NCBI GenBank assembly: GCA_043228905.1
Contig: JBHGNT010000012.1
Location: 16,244,001 to 16,308,000, forward strand
Source of the DNA: Azolla caroliniana
Lineage: Eukaryota; Plantae; Polypodiophyta
Direction of reading: 5' to 3'
Length of the DNA: 64,000 bases
Part shown: positions 47,632 to 59,200 of the stretch, one piece after another
How the letters are laid out: each line of letters opens with the position of its first letter
How positions within the stretch are numbered: the stretch's first letter is position 1
Position numbers and translations under genes: made by a program
The notes under the pieces: model-generated
Database searches by the model: none
The model's input: the letters and a program-made list of their open reading frames with translations, nothing else
Told to the model about the DNA's origin: nothing

Positions 47632-50312
47632 ATGGCCGGATCCTCATGGACAGAAATGTTCAAAACCCGACCTGCACGCCTGGAGGAGTCCACGCAAACC
47701 AACCAAACCCACGATGCCGTCCCACCTAACCCGACTCAGTACCACGAAGGGTGGCTAACTCCGGGGATACTACCAAACATGAACCTCCCATCGAGCCCAG
47801 GAACTAAAGCACTTCTCAACACACCCCCACTACAGGAGAGCCCAATGGCAGACCCACTCAATGTAGAACGACATATACGAGACGCAGCGCAAGAGTTACG
47901 GGTGATAGAACACGAAATCAATCTATGGACGATACAACTTACGAAAGGAGGACAACCGGAAAGCACCACTCGAGATATCGAAGCCGCTTTGGCAGAAAGG
48001 AAGGATAGATTCGCATGAGTGCAACAAAAACTTCACCGCCTAGAAACATCGTTGCACATACACCGCCGAAGTCAGGAGCACAGCCCCGTACCGCGTTCGA
48101 GCACAACGGGTGATAGCTCGAACGAAACCCACGCACAACGACACCCGACACCACCATGCATGGGCACAATCCCTACACCTGACCAAGCTACCCCTACACC
48201 TCCAAACGCCGAACTTGCACTAGCGCTACAATCCATCCAAACTCTCGTAGCATTGATGGAGAAAGAGTGACCACCCATAGACCATTCGAGAAACCTCATA
48301 AATGACAGTGGGAAGAGTGCTTCCATTTCTAAACTAGTACCTCGTTTCCTCGGTTTCGGCGATGCCTATGACCATGTTGAGAGGTTCAAACAGATTTGCC
48401 ACGCTTATGAACCCCTCACAGAGATCACCAAGGTAGCCGCGTTTGGACTCACACTTGATGACCAAGCCGGAATCTGGTTTCGAACCTTGAATGAAGACAT
48501 CGTCGCCGATTTTGAGTATGTCATTGAGGATTTCTTGATAAACTTCGCTCGTAGAGGGAGTAAATGGAACCCGATTGACCAACTTTTCGCCCTCAAACAA
48601 GAAGCGAACGAAACGGTCAGGGACTACATACGTCGCACGAAAAGCCTGCATCATCGTTGTAGTCCGAACAACAAGATGTCGGATGACAAGTTGATGAGCC
48701 GTTTCATTAATGGGTTGTTTGATACGACACTCCAAAATTTCCTGATTGCCAGGATGTGTCGATCGTTTGCTGAAGCCTGCACAGTAGTGATGACCTTTGA
48801 AGATTCGATGAGTGGATTACAAATACCCACTCACGCACCCACGAACAACCGCGAGAAATCCTCTGACTCCACCCCTGCTCTACCCACACCACCGCGAACA
48901 CCCCGTATAGAAAGACCCCAAGCATATGCCCCACGAGAAAATGTAAGGTGCACGGTATGTCACAGTCACCACAAGGGACATGAATGTCCCCTCCTTCATC
49001 AACAACGGCCGCAATACTGTAAGTGGTGCAAAGCTTTCGTAATGCATACACAAGAGAACTACTGGCAAGCCCCCACTGGAAGGTACGGCCAAACGCCAAT
49101 GGTGGAACACCCGCGCTCTCCCCCACCACTTAGCCGTCCACCACTACTAGCGATACTCAATAACCCCGACTACCGCGCATCGGCACCCGCCTCGCTGAAC
49201 TGGAGTATACCACAGATAACCAAACCCAGGTCGGAGCGAGCAACCCCGAATATGAAGACCCGTACAGGAAGTATGGCATTGAAGAAGAGGTGTTGTCCCA
49301 TTTCGTGGATTTTGAAGGCGACCAAATACCAATGTACGTCCTGAGAGGGGAAAAACGTGGACCCCCTATGGGATACCACAACAACAATGGTCTAAGGAGG
49401 TTAGAATTGAAATGCTTCAACTACCAAGGCCCACATATGGTTAGCGAGTGCCCAACCAAACATGAGTACTACAACCAGATAGCCCAACGACCATGACACC
49501 TCCCACTCGACACGCCTCCACAACCACTGGCGCAAGGGCCCACCCAACAGTCGCAAGACCTCATCGAATGGTTCCAAAGAGAAGCATCATGCCCAGGGTG
49601 CGGTAAAGAACACCTAGTACCTGATTGCCCGGAAAAGAAGAAAAGGGTCGGCACAAATCTGTTGTCCATTGTACTATCCACGATCGGTGCCAATGTCATC
49701 ACACGAGCCCAATTAGTAGCGCACAATTTAAAATACCAAGATCAAGGTCTCCCCGTGACCGCACGTAAGAGACGCAAATCTAGAAAGAATAATTCCACGC
49801 AGACCTCAAAACAAGATCAAGAACCGGAGGGAGACACAGAAACATTACCTGTCAATCCGGAGGGAGACACAGAACTGCCAGCGCAGCTAGCGGCATACCC
49901 AAACCCAGTAGCTGAGAAACAAAAAGTAGAAGAATACATCAAACTCATACACCACGAACAGTTTGAAAAATCACTTAGCCTCCCCAGCTTAAACTTCGAC
50001 CAACTAGAAGAATGGGTAAACCCCTCACCTCCCCCCTGTGGTCACACCAACCGACACCCCCATTTGCCATCCTACCCCGATCAAAGAGGTCAACACAACT
50101 CTACTCCAACAAATCTTAAATTTAAGATTGCGACTCACATTATGCAAAGTGCAGAGCTACATTGGCACCTTCATCACCGACAACCCCCTGCTACAACCTG
50201 TACTCACCAAGGAAATAGAGTTCACACTCGAAGAACTACTCAAACTCGACGTTCAACCATGGCACGACGTCCTCCGACGCCTCAATGGTGGCCTATCGGC
50301 AGGATATGGTGA
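47632..50312 (+). pseudogene. gag region of element 5, fragmented
   Basis: LFALKQEANETVRDYIRR..RFINGL gag motif; several zinc-knuckle-like Cys/His motifs. Confidence 0.75.
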
Positions 50313-52436
50313 AGGGATACACACCCAAACTGCTCACATGTCCACAGTCCTCAAACAACCCGAAGGACCGCCAGTCCACGAAGCCCACTTCGACAGCGAC
50401 GACACTAGTTTTACTCTACCAGTATGCGTCAATGGTAAGACGTGTGACGGCATCATTGACACTGGAGCAGGGGTAAGTATTGTCAGTTACGAATGTTGGT
50501 GTAAGTGGGGGAGCCCAAGAATGCTGCCTTCCGATGTCAAACTACGAATGGCAGACGGGTCCATCCAAAGACCGGAAGGCATGATTCCTGCGCATCACTT
50601 CACTATCCATGGAGTGGAGTTCAATCTCACCTTTGTCGTCACAAGATCGTCCAACCATGTAGCCTACGAGTGCTTACTAGGAAGACCATTCCTACGTATA
50701 AGCTGCCTAGTAATGGATTTTGGGAACGATATAATCTATATGCGAAAGGACAACAAAACCTTTCGCATCAAAGCATACACACAAAAAGTGCATGAACAAG
50801 AAGGCAGCCCTCTCGTAGACGATTGGTCAGAAACCAGTGAGTTCGAGACCAACCTCCTAGCGTGAGAGAGATGACCAATCCGTCGCCTCCGAGACGTCAG
50901 AAATGAATTTGGTGCACGCTCTCACCACAACCGACGCAATGTACCCTATAGGTACAAAGTGTTGTGACGAGAACAGAGAAACAATCTCGTGCTTCAACGT
51001 CACCACCCTAGGACCCCGGCGAAAAGACGTAGACGTAAAGGACGAAGAACTGGTACAACGAGTCACATGTCCAGATGACGTCACGACCACTCAGGAGGCT
51101 GTGACGGAAGCGGACTTCCCAGAGCATTTCAAACTCTATGAACAAGGGAGTAGGGTAGTGGATTGTAAGAGACCGCAATGCAACCCCCAAGGTCTAGGAG
51201 AAGTCTATGATGGACCAACAAGTGTGAAAGAAATCAACCTCGGGAAAGGGGCAGACTCCAAGCCGATGTTCATAGCTACAAATCTCCATCCCGACGAGGA
51301 GGCGTCCTTGATCACTCTCCTCACGGAATTTAGCGACGTGTTTGCATGGTCATACGTCGACATGAAGGGAGTCCCACTTGAGGTCGCCACACATAGAATC
51401 CCCATGCGAGTCGACGCCCACCCAATCTGGCAAAGGCCACGTCCAATGAACCCTAACTACGCCCAACAAGTGAAAGCCGAAATCAACAAAATGTTGGTTG
51501 CAGGCATTATCTACCCAATCAAACGAACTACTTGGGTCTCCCCAATTGTGGTCGTCCCAAAGAAAAACGGCCAGATCCGCATATGTGTAGACTACCGCCA
51601 AGTTAATGAAGCCACTATCAAGGACAATTACCCGGTACCCTACATCAAACATTTACTCGAAAGAACCGCGGGAGCAGAAGCGTATAACTTCATGAACGGG
51701 TTCTCCGGGTACAACCAAATCTCGGTGGTCCCTGAGGATCAACACAAGACAGCTTTCACCACGGAATTTGGTACGTTCGCGTATAAACAGATGCCTTTCA
51801 GACTCACGAGCGCCTTGAGCACCTACCAAAGAGCGGCGGACCATATCTTTGCTGCAAGGTTACGACAAGGGGTGGAGTCTTATGTTGACGACTTATGTTG
51901 CAATTCGAAATGGCATGACCACTTGGGGCTACTCCGTTTGATGTTCGAAAAATGCAGAACCTATCAACTCTCTCTCAACCCGCTCAAGTGTCAGTTCTGG
52001 GTCAAGCACGGAATAATATTAGGACACGTCGTGTCCCGCCACGGGATCTCGACCGATGAGGCAAAAGTAAAACTCATCCTCGACATACCACCCCCCATGA
52101 ACGAGAAACAACTACAAGGGTTCATGGGATACGCGGGTTACTATAGACGCTTCATTAAGATGTTCGCGGACAAGGCTAGACCACTCTACTCCCTATTAAA
52201 GCAGTTCGTGTGGATAGAAGAATGCACACACTCCTTCAAGCTCTTGAAAGAGTGCCTAACTAAGGCCCCCATCCTCCGGTCTCTCGATTGGACCAAATAA
52301 TTCCACGTGCACACCGACGCTTCCGCCTTTGCGATTGGTGCAATGCTAGCCCAACCCGGTGAAGGGGCACTCGACCTACCGGTCACCTTCGCTAGTCGCC
52401 AGCTAAATGCCGTGGAACGAAATTACTCCACGACGG
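50038..52436 (+). pseudogene. Protease, RT and N-terminal RNase H of element 5
   Basis: ORFs 50038-50865, 50903-52300 and 52307 onward with canonical motifs. Confidence 0.9.
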
Positions 52437-53654
52437 TGTCGCGTTGTTATGCGTGTACGTTGTCGAGGTATTCCTCGCGGATGCGTGGAATGAGGCGGGA
52501 CCTCGGGGGTCTTGTACCGAAGAGCAAGAGAGAAAGGAGAAGGAAAGAGGTCCACTAGGTGCGAGCGTAGATCCACAGGGACACGGCCCTTCGACACGAA
52601 GACGCGAGCGGGAAACCAACACAGAGAGACACGAAGGAATGTATGTGAATATTAACAGAGACCAACAACAAAAATAGGAAGTCAGTTACAACCGAACAGG
52701 CCGGCGAACAGATGCCGATGCCTGTTCGTAAACGCACAGAAAGAAAGAAGTAAGTTGGAGGTGCTGCCAGAAGCACTCGGGCATTCCTCAGAGCAGCGTG
52801 AGCCTCCCGAAACCTGCACAGAAAGAAGCTATGGAGTTTGGAAGAGAGAGAAGCCTTCGGCCCACAATCCCACAACAGTTCGTCCTCTCTTATTTCGCGA
52901 TCCCTTCTCCCCTCCTTGTCTCCCTCCTTTTATAGGCAAGGAAGGAGCCGTTGTCGAGGTATTCCTCGCGGATGCGTGGAATGAGGCAGAACCTCGGGGG
53001 TCCTATACCAAAGAGCAAGAGAGGGAGGGGAAGAAACCCTCTTTGTGCGAGCGTAGATCCATAGGGACACGGCCCTTCGACGCAAAGACGCAAGTGGGAC
53101 AGCGACACAGAAAGACACGAATGTATGTATGTATTAACAAAGACAAACAACAAGAACACGAAGACAACAGAACACGAAGTCGGCTACAACCGAACAGGCC
53201 GGCGAACAGATGCCGATACCTGCTCGTAAACGCACAGAGAGGAAGGAGTAGGTTGGAGGTGCTGCCGGAAGCACTCGGGCATTCCTCAGAGCAGCGCGAG
53301 CCTCCCGAAACCTGCACAAAAGGAAGCTATGGCGTTTGCAAACCAGAGAGAGAGAGAGAAGCCTTCGCACGCAAATCGACAGCACTTCGTCCTCGACTCT
53401 CCGCGATCCTTCGCCCCTCCTCGTCTCCCTCCTTTTATAGGTAAGGAAGGAGCCGTTTCCCTACCTACTGAATCTACCTGCCTAGGACCTTCTATGTACA
53501 TCATAAGGCGCACGTGCATGAAGAGTCGGTTCCTACGCTCCGGTACACCGATTCCGCTTGTGGATGGTTTTATTCACGACATCCGCCCCCACCTAACCAC
53601 ACATCCACCGGCATGCGCCAAATTGAGTTGGGACGGAGAAAACCCGTCCAGCCT

Positions 53655-56600
53655 TTATTCCCCGCCCGTCGGTTCTTCTTCGGTTTCGGATCGTTCATCG
53701 TCCCGGTCCAGGTTATCCGGATCCGGCTCGTCGTCGTGACGCTTCTTGAACGCTTTGATCCGCTTCCCAGCTACCGGTATCGCCATTCTCGTGCCGTCGA
53801 GTTCCGCCAGATGGTACGTCCCGTTGTCGTTGGCGCTTTGTACCACGTAAGGCCCGAACCACCTTCTCGCGAACTTCCGTGTCGCTCGGTGTTGGTTGTC
53901 GAGGCTGCTGTCGTAGACTAGCACCCAGTCGCCTTCCTCGATCTTCTTCGGTCGGAGCCGGTGCGTTCGGTCGAACCAGGCTTTGTTCCTCATCCTTGCT
54001 TCCCGAAGCTTTTCTGCAGCCTGCTCTACGTCCTCCGGTCTTCGCTCGAACTGTCGTATGCGCGCCGTCAACAGTTCCTCCCGGCTCATCTCGTCTCTCC
54101 AGTCCACCGTTGCCCATGAGGAGATCGTACGTTCCATCGGCATGATCGGCTTCTGCCCAAACATGAGCTCTGCCGGCATGAATCCGGTTACCGAACTGTG
54201 CGTAGTTCGGTCAGCCCACAACGCGTAAGGCAGCAGCCGCGGCCGGTTCCCGACTTGACCTCCGCATGCCCGAACTAACGCCTTGACGATCGGTCCGTGT
54301 CCGCTCTCCACCTTTCCATTCGCGTCCGGATTGTACGCAGTGGTAAGCGAGATCTTGACTCCTAGCCGGTCGAATAGCTCCTCGGCCTCTACGGCGTCCA
54401 GCTCTCCGCGATCAGCCACGATCTTCCCGACGCACCCGTACTGGCATATCACGTCCTCAATCAGGAACCGACATACGGCCGCGGTCGTTTTGTTCTGAAG
54501 GGCTCGGCCTTCTACCTGGCTCGTCAGATCTTCCCGAGCCAGGACCAGATACCGCATCTGTCCTACTCCCATCGGCATCGTCACCAGATCTACCATCCAT
54601 TTGAAGTGGATGGTCGGAGTGTACGTAGGGTGAAGCTTGTCCCGATGTCGGACTATGGAGTGCATCTGACAGCTCTCGCAAGTTGTCACAAACCGATGCA
54701 CGTCCCGGTACAGTCCCGGCCACCAGTACTTCCCCTTTATTTTCTCGAACGTGGCCCACGTTCCACGGTGTCCAACCCAAGGGCTGTCGTGGTAGGCCGT
54801 CAGCAGCTCCTCCTGTTCTCCCTTCATCGCCACCACCCGGAGCGGGACCCCGTTCCTCTTCTTCGGGTGCTTCCATAAGTACCCGTCCCGGAGAAAGAAT
54901 CGGTAAGCTTTCTTTCGGATCCGGTTGGCCTCGTCCTTCGTCCATGACGCATCCGGCGTCACTGTCCTCAGAAACCCACCGATCTGCAGCCACTCGCCGT
55001 CGCACTTGCTCTCGTCGAAGCCGTTAAGTGCCGGAGTGCTCGCCCCATCGGTCGTCACGTACGCCGCCTCGAAGAAGTCCACGCCGACTTCTTCGTCCTC
55101 CGAAACCATGCCGCCCTCATCATCAAACCTCGTCCTCGAAAGCATGTCGGCCATGGCGTTGTCTTTTCTGGAAATGTGTCGCATTTCCGGGTCCAGTGAC
55201 TTGATGTACGCTATCCACCTGAGCATCGCCAGGTCCGGTGTCGCGCATCCGGAAACCATGCCGAGAATTGGCAGGCAATCCGTCTCGACAATCACTTCCG
55301 TCCCGATCAGGTAGTCTTTGTCGGCCTTTACTGCCGAAACGATACCCCAGAGTTCGCGTTTAACCTGGGCGTACCCTCGTTGTCGCTCACTGAGGACCTT
55401 AGCGCCGAATCGGATCGGGAACCGGGTGCCGTCCTCGTCTTCTTGGTTGACGACCCATCCGATCCCGGTCGGGCTCGTATCCACCGTTATGTATACCGGG
55501 GTACCCTTCTCGTAGACAGCCTTCCGGAGCGCCGGTGCTGCCGCAAGAGCTTCCTTCAGCTTCCGGACCGACTCCGTGTGCTCGTCTCGCCACTCGAATC
55601 TTCGCCCCTTCTTCAGCAACCCGTATAGTGGCTCCGCAACGTGGGCGTAATGCGGGATCCATATGTGGTAGAACGCGCATGCCCCCAGGAACCTCTGAAC
55701 TTCCGTGACCGAGCTGCAGTCGGTCTTCATCGCGGAAATGGTTTCTACCTTTGCCGGAGACGGCTTCCGGCCATATGGTCCACACAGGTGCCCGACCACC
55801 AGGATTTCTGATTTCCCGAAGGCCGATTTCTCCCCGGAGAAGGTGAGCCTCGCATCCTCTAGCCTTTGTAGCACCTTCTCGCAGTCGTCGATGTGTTTTG
55901 CCACGAATCGCCGGCATCCGTCCTGCCCGACTGTCTCATCCTTCTCTTCCACCGGGCACCCCTTAATCGGGATGTCGTCCAGAAATGGCATGGTGATGTC
56001 CGGGATGCAATCCCTCAGTACCTTGTTCATTGCATTCACCATATGGGCCACCGAGTTAGTCCCTCCTTGTGGCAGGGTACACATTCGCACTAGGCCGAGG
56101 GGAGTTCGCATCGTCGTAATGTCTCTGCTCTCCACGGCTAGCTGGAACTGGTCGTACCCTGAGTACAAATCACCGACCGAGTAAATCGACCTTCCGGCGA
56201 AGGCCTCCGCGAACTCGTCTATGGTCGGTCCGATTCCTGCGTTCCGAATGATCACTCTGTTGACCGGTTGCAGATCTTGAATGAAGCGCAATGTTCCGTT
56301 TTTCTTCGGTACGGTAAACCATCGGTTCGAGTATGGCGCGCTCGACGGTTCGAGAATACCCATATCGACTTTCTGCCTCAATAGCTCCATCAACTTCGGG
56401 ATGTGAGCTCTCGGTACCGGAATCTTCTTGAGATTCCACGGCACATGCGGTACCGTGAATATCACCATCGGCTCCACGAGTGTCGGGTCTATGCACCCGA
56501 TCTCTCCCGGCAAAAATGCGAAGGCTTTCCCGTGCCTTCCGAGCATTCTCCGAAACCGGTCTTCCTCCGCCGGCAGTAGGAACCTGCCCCCACCGATCTT

Positions 56601-56918
56601 GAGCTCCCGGAGCGTCCCGTCGGTGAAGGTGTGTCCTATGCAGGCCGGATCTCGTAAACTGGGGTTCGACGCAACCCCTCTGATTTGGGACTCGCTGCCC
56701 TCCGGCAAGGGTGCCGCGATTGGCCTTACCTTCCGGTCCACAGTTTTGTACTTCGTGCTAACTCGGGCCGTCCGATCCGACCCGAGCCCCCGACTGAAGT
56801 TCGCGATGACTTCGTACATCTCTTCGGAACATACCGGTATCGTCCGGTCTTTGTTAAGGTCTTCTCCGGCAACCCTCCTCAACATCCCCAAGGTGTCGTC
56901 AAAGGAGATCGCCTCCAC
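53655..56918 (-). CDS. Pol (RT-RNaseH-integrase) of element 6, 1087 aa open frame
   Basis: DLYSGYDQ, LPQGGTNS, FLDD; VDTS, ETDC; H-x6-H..CESCQ; VDLV, ADRGE, NGKVE; WFGPY; no chromodomain. Confidence 0.92.
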   Translation of the reverse strand: MEAISFDDTLGMLRRVAGEDLNKDRTIPVCSEEMYEVIANFSRGLGSDRTARVSTKYKTVDRKVRPIAAPLPEGSESQIRGVASNPSLRDPACIGHTFTDGTLRELKIGGGRFLLPAEEDRFRRMLGRHGKAFAFLPGEIGCIDPTLVEPMVIFTVPHVPWNLKKIPVPRAHIPKLMELLRQKVDMGILEPSSAPYSNRWFTVPKKNGTLRFIQDLQPVNRVIIRNAGIGPTIDEFAEAFAGRSIYSVGDLYSGYDQFQLAVESRDITTMRTPLGLVRMCTLPQGGTNSVAHMVNAMNKVLRDCIPDITMPFLDDIPIKGCPVEEKDETVGQDGCRRFVAKHIDDCEKVLQRLEDARLTFSGEKSAFGKSEILVVGHLCGPYGRKPSPAKVETISAMKTDCSSVTEVQRFLGACAFYHIWIPHYAHVAEPLYGLLKKGRRFEWRDEHTESVRKLKEALAAAPALRKAVYEKGTPVYITVDTSPTGIGWVVNQEDEDGTRFPIRFGAKVLSERQRGYAQVKRELWGIVSAVKADKDYLIGTEVIVETDCLPILGMVSGCATPDLAMLRWIAYIKSLDPEMRHISRKDNAMADMLSRTRFDDEGGMVSEDEEVGVDFFEAAYVTTDGASTPALNGFDESKCDGEWLQIGGFLRTVTPDASWTKDEANRIRKKAYRFFLRDGYLWKHPKKRNGVPLRVVAMKGEQEELLTAYHDSPWVGHRGTWATFEKIKGKYWWPGLYRDVHRFVTTCESCQMHSIVRHRDKLHPTYTPTIHFKWMVDLVTMPMGVGQMRYLVLAREDLTSQVEGRALQNKTTAAVCRFLIEDVICQYGCVGKIVADRGELDAVEAEELFDRLGVKISLTTAYNPDANGKVESGHGPIVKALVRACGGQVGNRPRLLPYALWADRTTHSSVTGFMPAELMFGQKPIMPMERTISSWATVDWRDEMSREELLTARIRQFERRPEDVEQAAEKLREARMRNKAWFDRTHRLRPKKIEEGDWVLVYDSSLDNQHRATRKFARRWFGPYVVQSANDNGTYHLAELDGTRMAIPVAGKRIKAFKKRHDDEPDPDNLDRDDERSETEEEPTGGE

Positions 56919-57074
56919 GGCTCCGCTGATTTCCTCGTCCGGGCCGAGAACTCCGCACGCTCGAAGTCATACACCCTCCGTGGTCGGAGAAGCAAATTTT
57001 CCTACCTATCGTACAATCGTGGGGTCTTTTCCGAGTGTCCGGGTTGTCTCGGCCCCACGCCTTGGCAGTCCTCT

Positions 57075-59200
57075 CTAAAAATCCTCCCGGTTCTCGCCAC
57101 CGAGGGATTCACAGTTTCTCTCGTGGTTCGGCCGCACCGTCAGAAATTGGACCGAATGGCGCCCGTCCTGGGTTTTGACCCTCGCATAGGCCGAACCGTT
57201 GTCCAGCACCTTGGTCTCCATCCGCGCCGCCGTGATGTATGGTTCACCTAATATGACCGGGTGTGAGGATGTCTCTTGTACGAAGAAGTGTTGGTCAATC
57301 TCGACGTCGCCGATCTTGACTCGCACGTTCGGGCAGGCCCTGTGCAGTTCCTCGGTGGCGCGCGTCGCCGCCTGTATCTTCCACCCGTGCTTGGTGTTGA
57401 TCGGCCACTTCCCCTTCTTATAGAAGTCCATGGACATCAGGTTTATTTCCGAACCGTGGTCCACCAATGCCACCACCGGTTCCTGAACATCTCCGATCTT
57501 TACCGGGGTCTCTGTGGTCACTCGGGCCCAGTGTGGCCTCGAATAGTGGCTCTCCGCCCACTCATCTGCCAGCGCCGAGTCGTCGATGTGCGTCGTACGC
57601 ACCTCTACCGGTCTTTCCGGTTCCGTCTCCGTCGACAGCCTCTTCCGTTTCACCAGGTCCACAATGGAGTCGTGGAACTCCTTCTTTGCGATCCCTAGCA
57701 CCTCTCGCAATGACAGCTCCACTTTGTTGTCGAGGATCCACTCTTCTAGGACCTTTCGTAGGTCCGTAGTCCTTTCTATTTCCGTCCCCAATCGGTATCC
57801 GCCCTTCCTGGGGTTATCTTGCAAGCCGGACCCACCGGCATCGTTCCGTTGTTGCCCGAATCGGGTCTCGTATCGTTGTGAGGGCCCGGTCGCTCCGGCT
57901 TTCCCCACTCGTTTGTCTTCAACCAGAGCCTCGTAGTTTCGGCAGGCGGCTTCTACAAAGCCCGTCTTCTCCTCGACTGGATCGCTCCACCCGGTTATTT
58001 CCCGGACCCGTCTCTCAGCGTGGTCCGTTTCATCTTTCCTTAGCCGTGCGCCGGCATGACCTTCCAGCATTGCCAACCAGAATCTGTCTTTGCCCTCCTT
58101 TCTGGCCTTGCTGCCCCCGACCCGAATGCCGGCCGACGCCGAGTAGTGGATGGCCTCCACGTGTCGGTCGCCGCCTCTTCCATCAGTCTCTTCATCCTTC
58201 CTCGCCCGTCGTTTCGGTTCAGGGCCCTCCTGGTGTCGCCAGCGTGCACCCGGCCTTCCCACAGGTACACCACCCGGTTCCTCAACGATTCTGCAAAATC
58301 GCCGCAGTCTTTCCGGATGTGGCCGACCTCGTCGCACCACATGCACCTGTTCCCTGTTGCCGGCCGTCGGTCACAAGCCGGTTCGCCGCCTTCCCTTCGA
58401 GTTTGGGTGATCTGGAGATCCTTTATCGCCCGCGTCAACTCCTCCAGCGCCGCTCCTCCGGACGAGCCATTGACCATGCCGGTCGAAGCCGGACCGGTTT
58501 CGAGCCATTCGCGGGTTTCTTCCCTTCGCACTTGCGGTGCCGGTTCAAGCCTCCTTGTTGTGAGAGAGCCCGCACCGGCCGCCCCGTTGTCAGCCCATTC
58601 TCGCCGTTTATCGAAACGGCCACAGACCCTCTTAACCGCAGCCCAGTCGGTTGTCAGCCCGTCCTCGGTTTCCAGCGAGGAGCCGACTTGGTCCCGGTCC
58701 CGCTCGTCCACTGACTTGACGAACAGTAGGACCCGGCTCGTATCCAGAACGGTTCGGTCAAGCGCCGAAAGGCGCACAAAGCGTTCTTCGAACTCCCGGA
58801 GGAGTGCCGTCGCATTTCTTCCCTGGCCGGGGAACTCCACCCATTCCATGAAGTCCCTTTTCGAAAGCCGGAGCGCGTCGTCCAGCCCGTATTTTTCTAG
58901 GAGACGGCCTTCGAACTCCTCCTAGGTACGGCTCTCCGCCCGCACCTCGAGCACCTCCGCATGGATGCTCGGCATCGCCACTCGAGGAAACCCGGCAAGA
59001 CGCCTCTCTTCCGGAATGTCCCGCATCAGCATTTCTGCCCCGTAGGACGCCAAATACTTCGTGGCATCCTTTCCGCTGAACCGGCCGATTGTACCGACGA
59101 CCGCCTCAATGGCTCTGTCGAGGGCGCCGGTGCCCTCGCGTGCACTCAATATCCGATCTACGGCCGAAGCCATGGCCTCTGCAAGATCCGACCCTTTCAT
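57075..59200 (-). pseudogene. gag-protease of element 6 (stop and frameshift)
   Basis: MKGSDLAE..GRFSGKDATKYL; CMWCDEVGHIRKDC knuckle; protease LVDHGSEINLM..ILGEPY. Confidence 0.85.

Larger units (their letters stand above)
46459..52436 (+). mobile_element. Non-chromovirus (Athila-like PBS) Ty3/gypsy element 5, 5' part; interrupted in RNase H
   Basis: LTR 46459-47025 (TGTTAAG..CTTAACA); PBS TGGCGCCGCTGCCGGGGA at 47032-47049 (tRNA-Asp type); fragmented gag, protease IIDTGAGVS, RT YVDD, RNase H HTDAS..ERNYSTT. Confidence 0.9.

Noticed and set aside
52392-53739. Numerous 60-230 aa ORFs within LTRs and antisense to GC-rich gag/pol (also 59089-60057, 62084-63022, 38495-39229, 42660-45662)
   Set aside because: Shadow or chance ORFs in GC-rich repeats; no domains.
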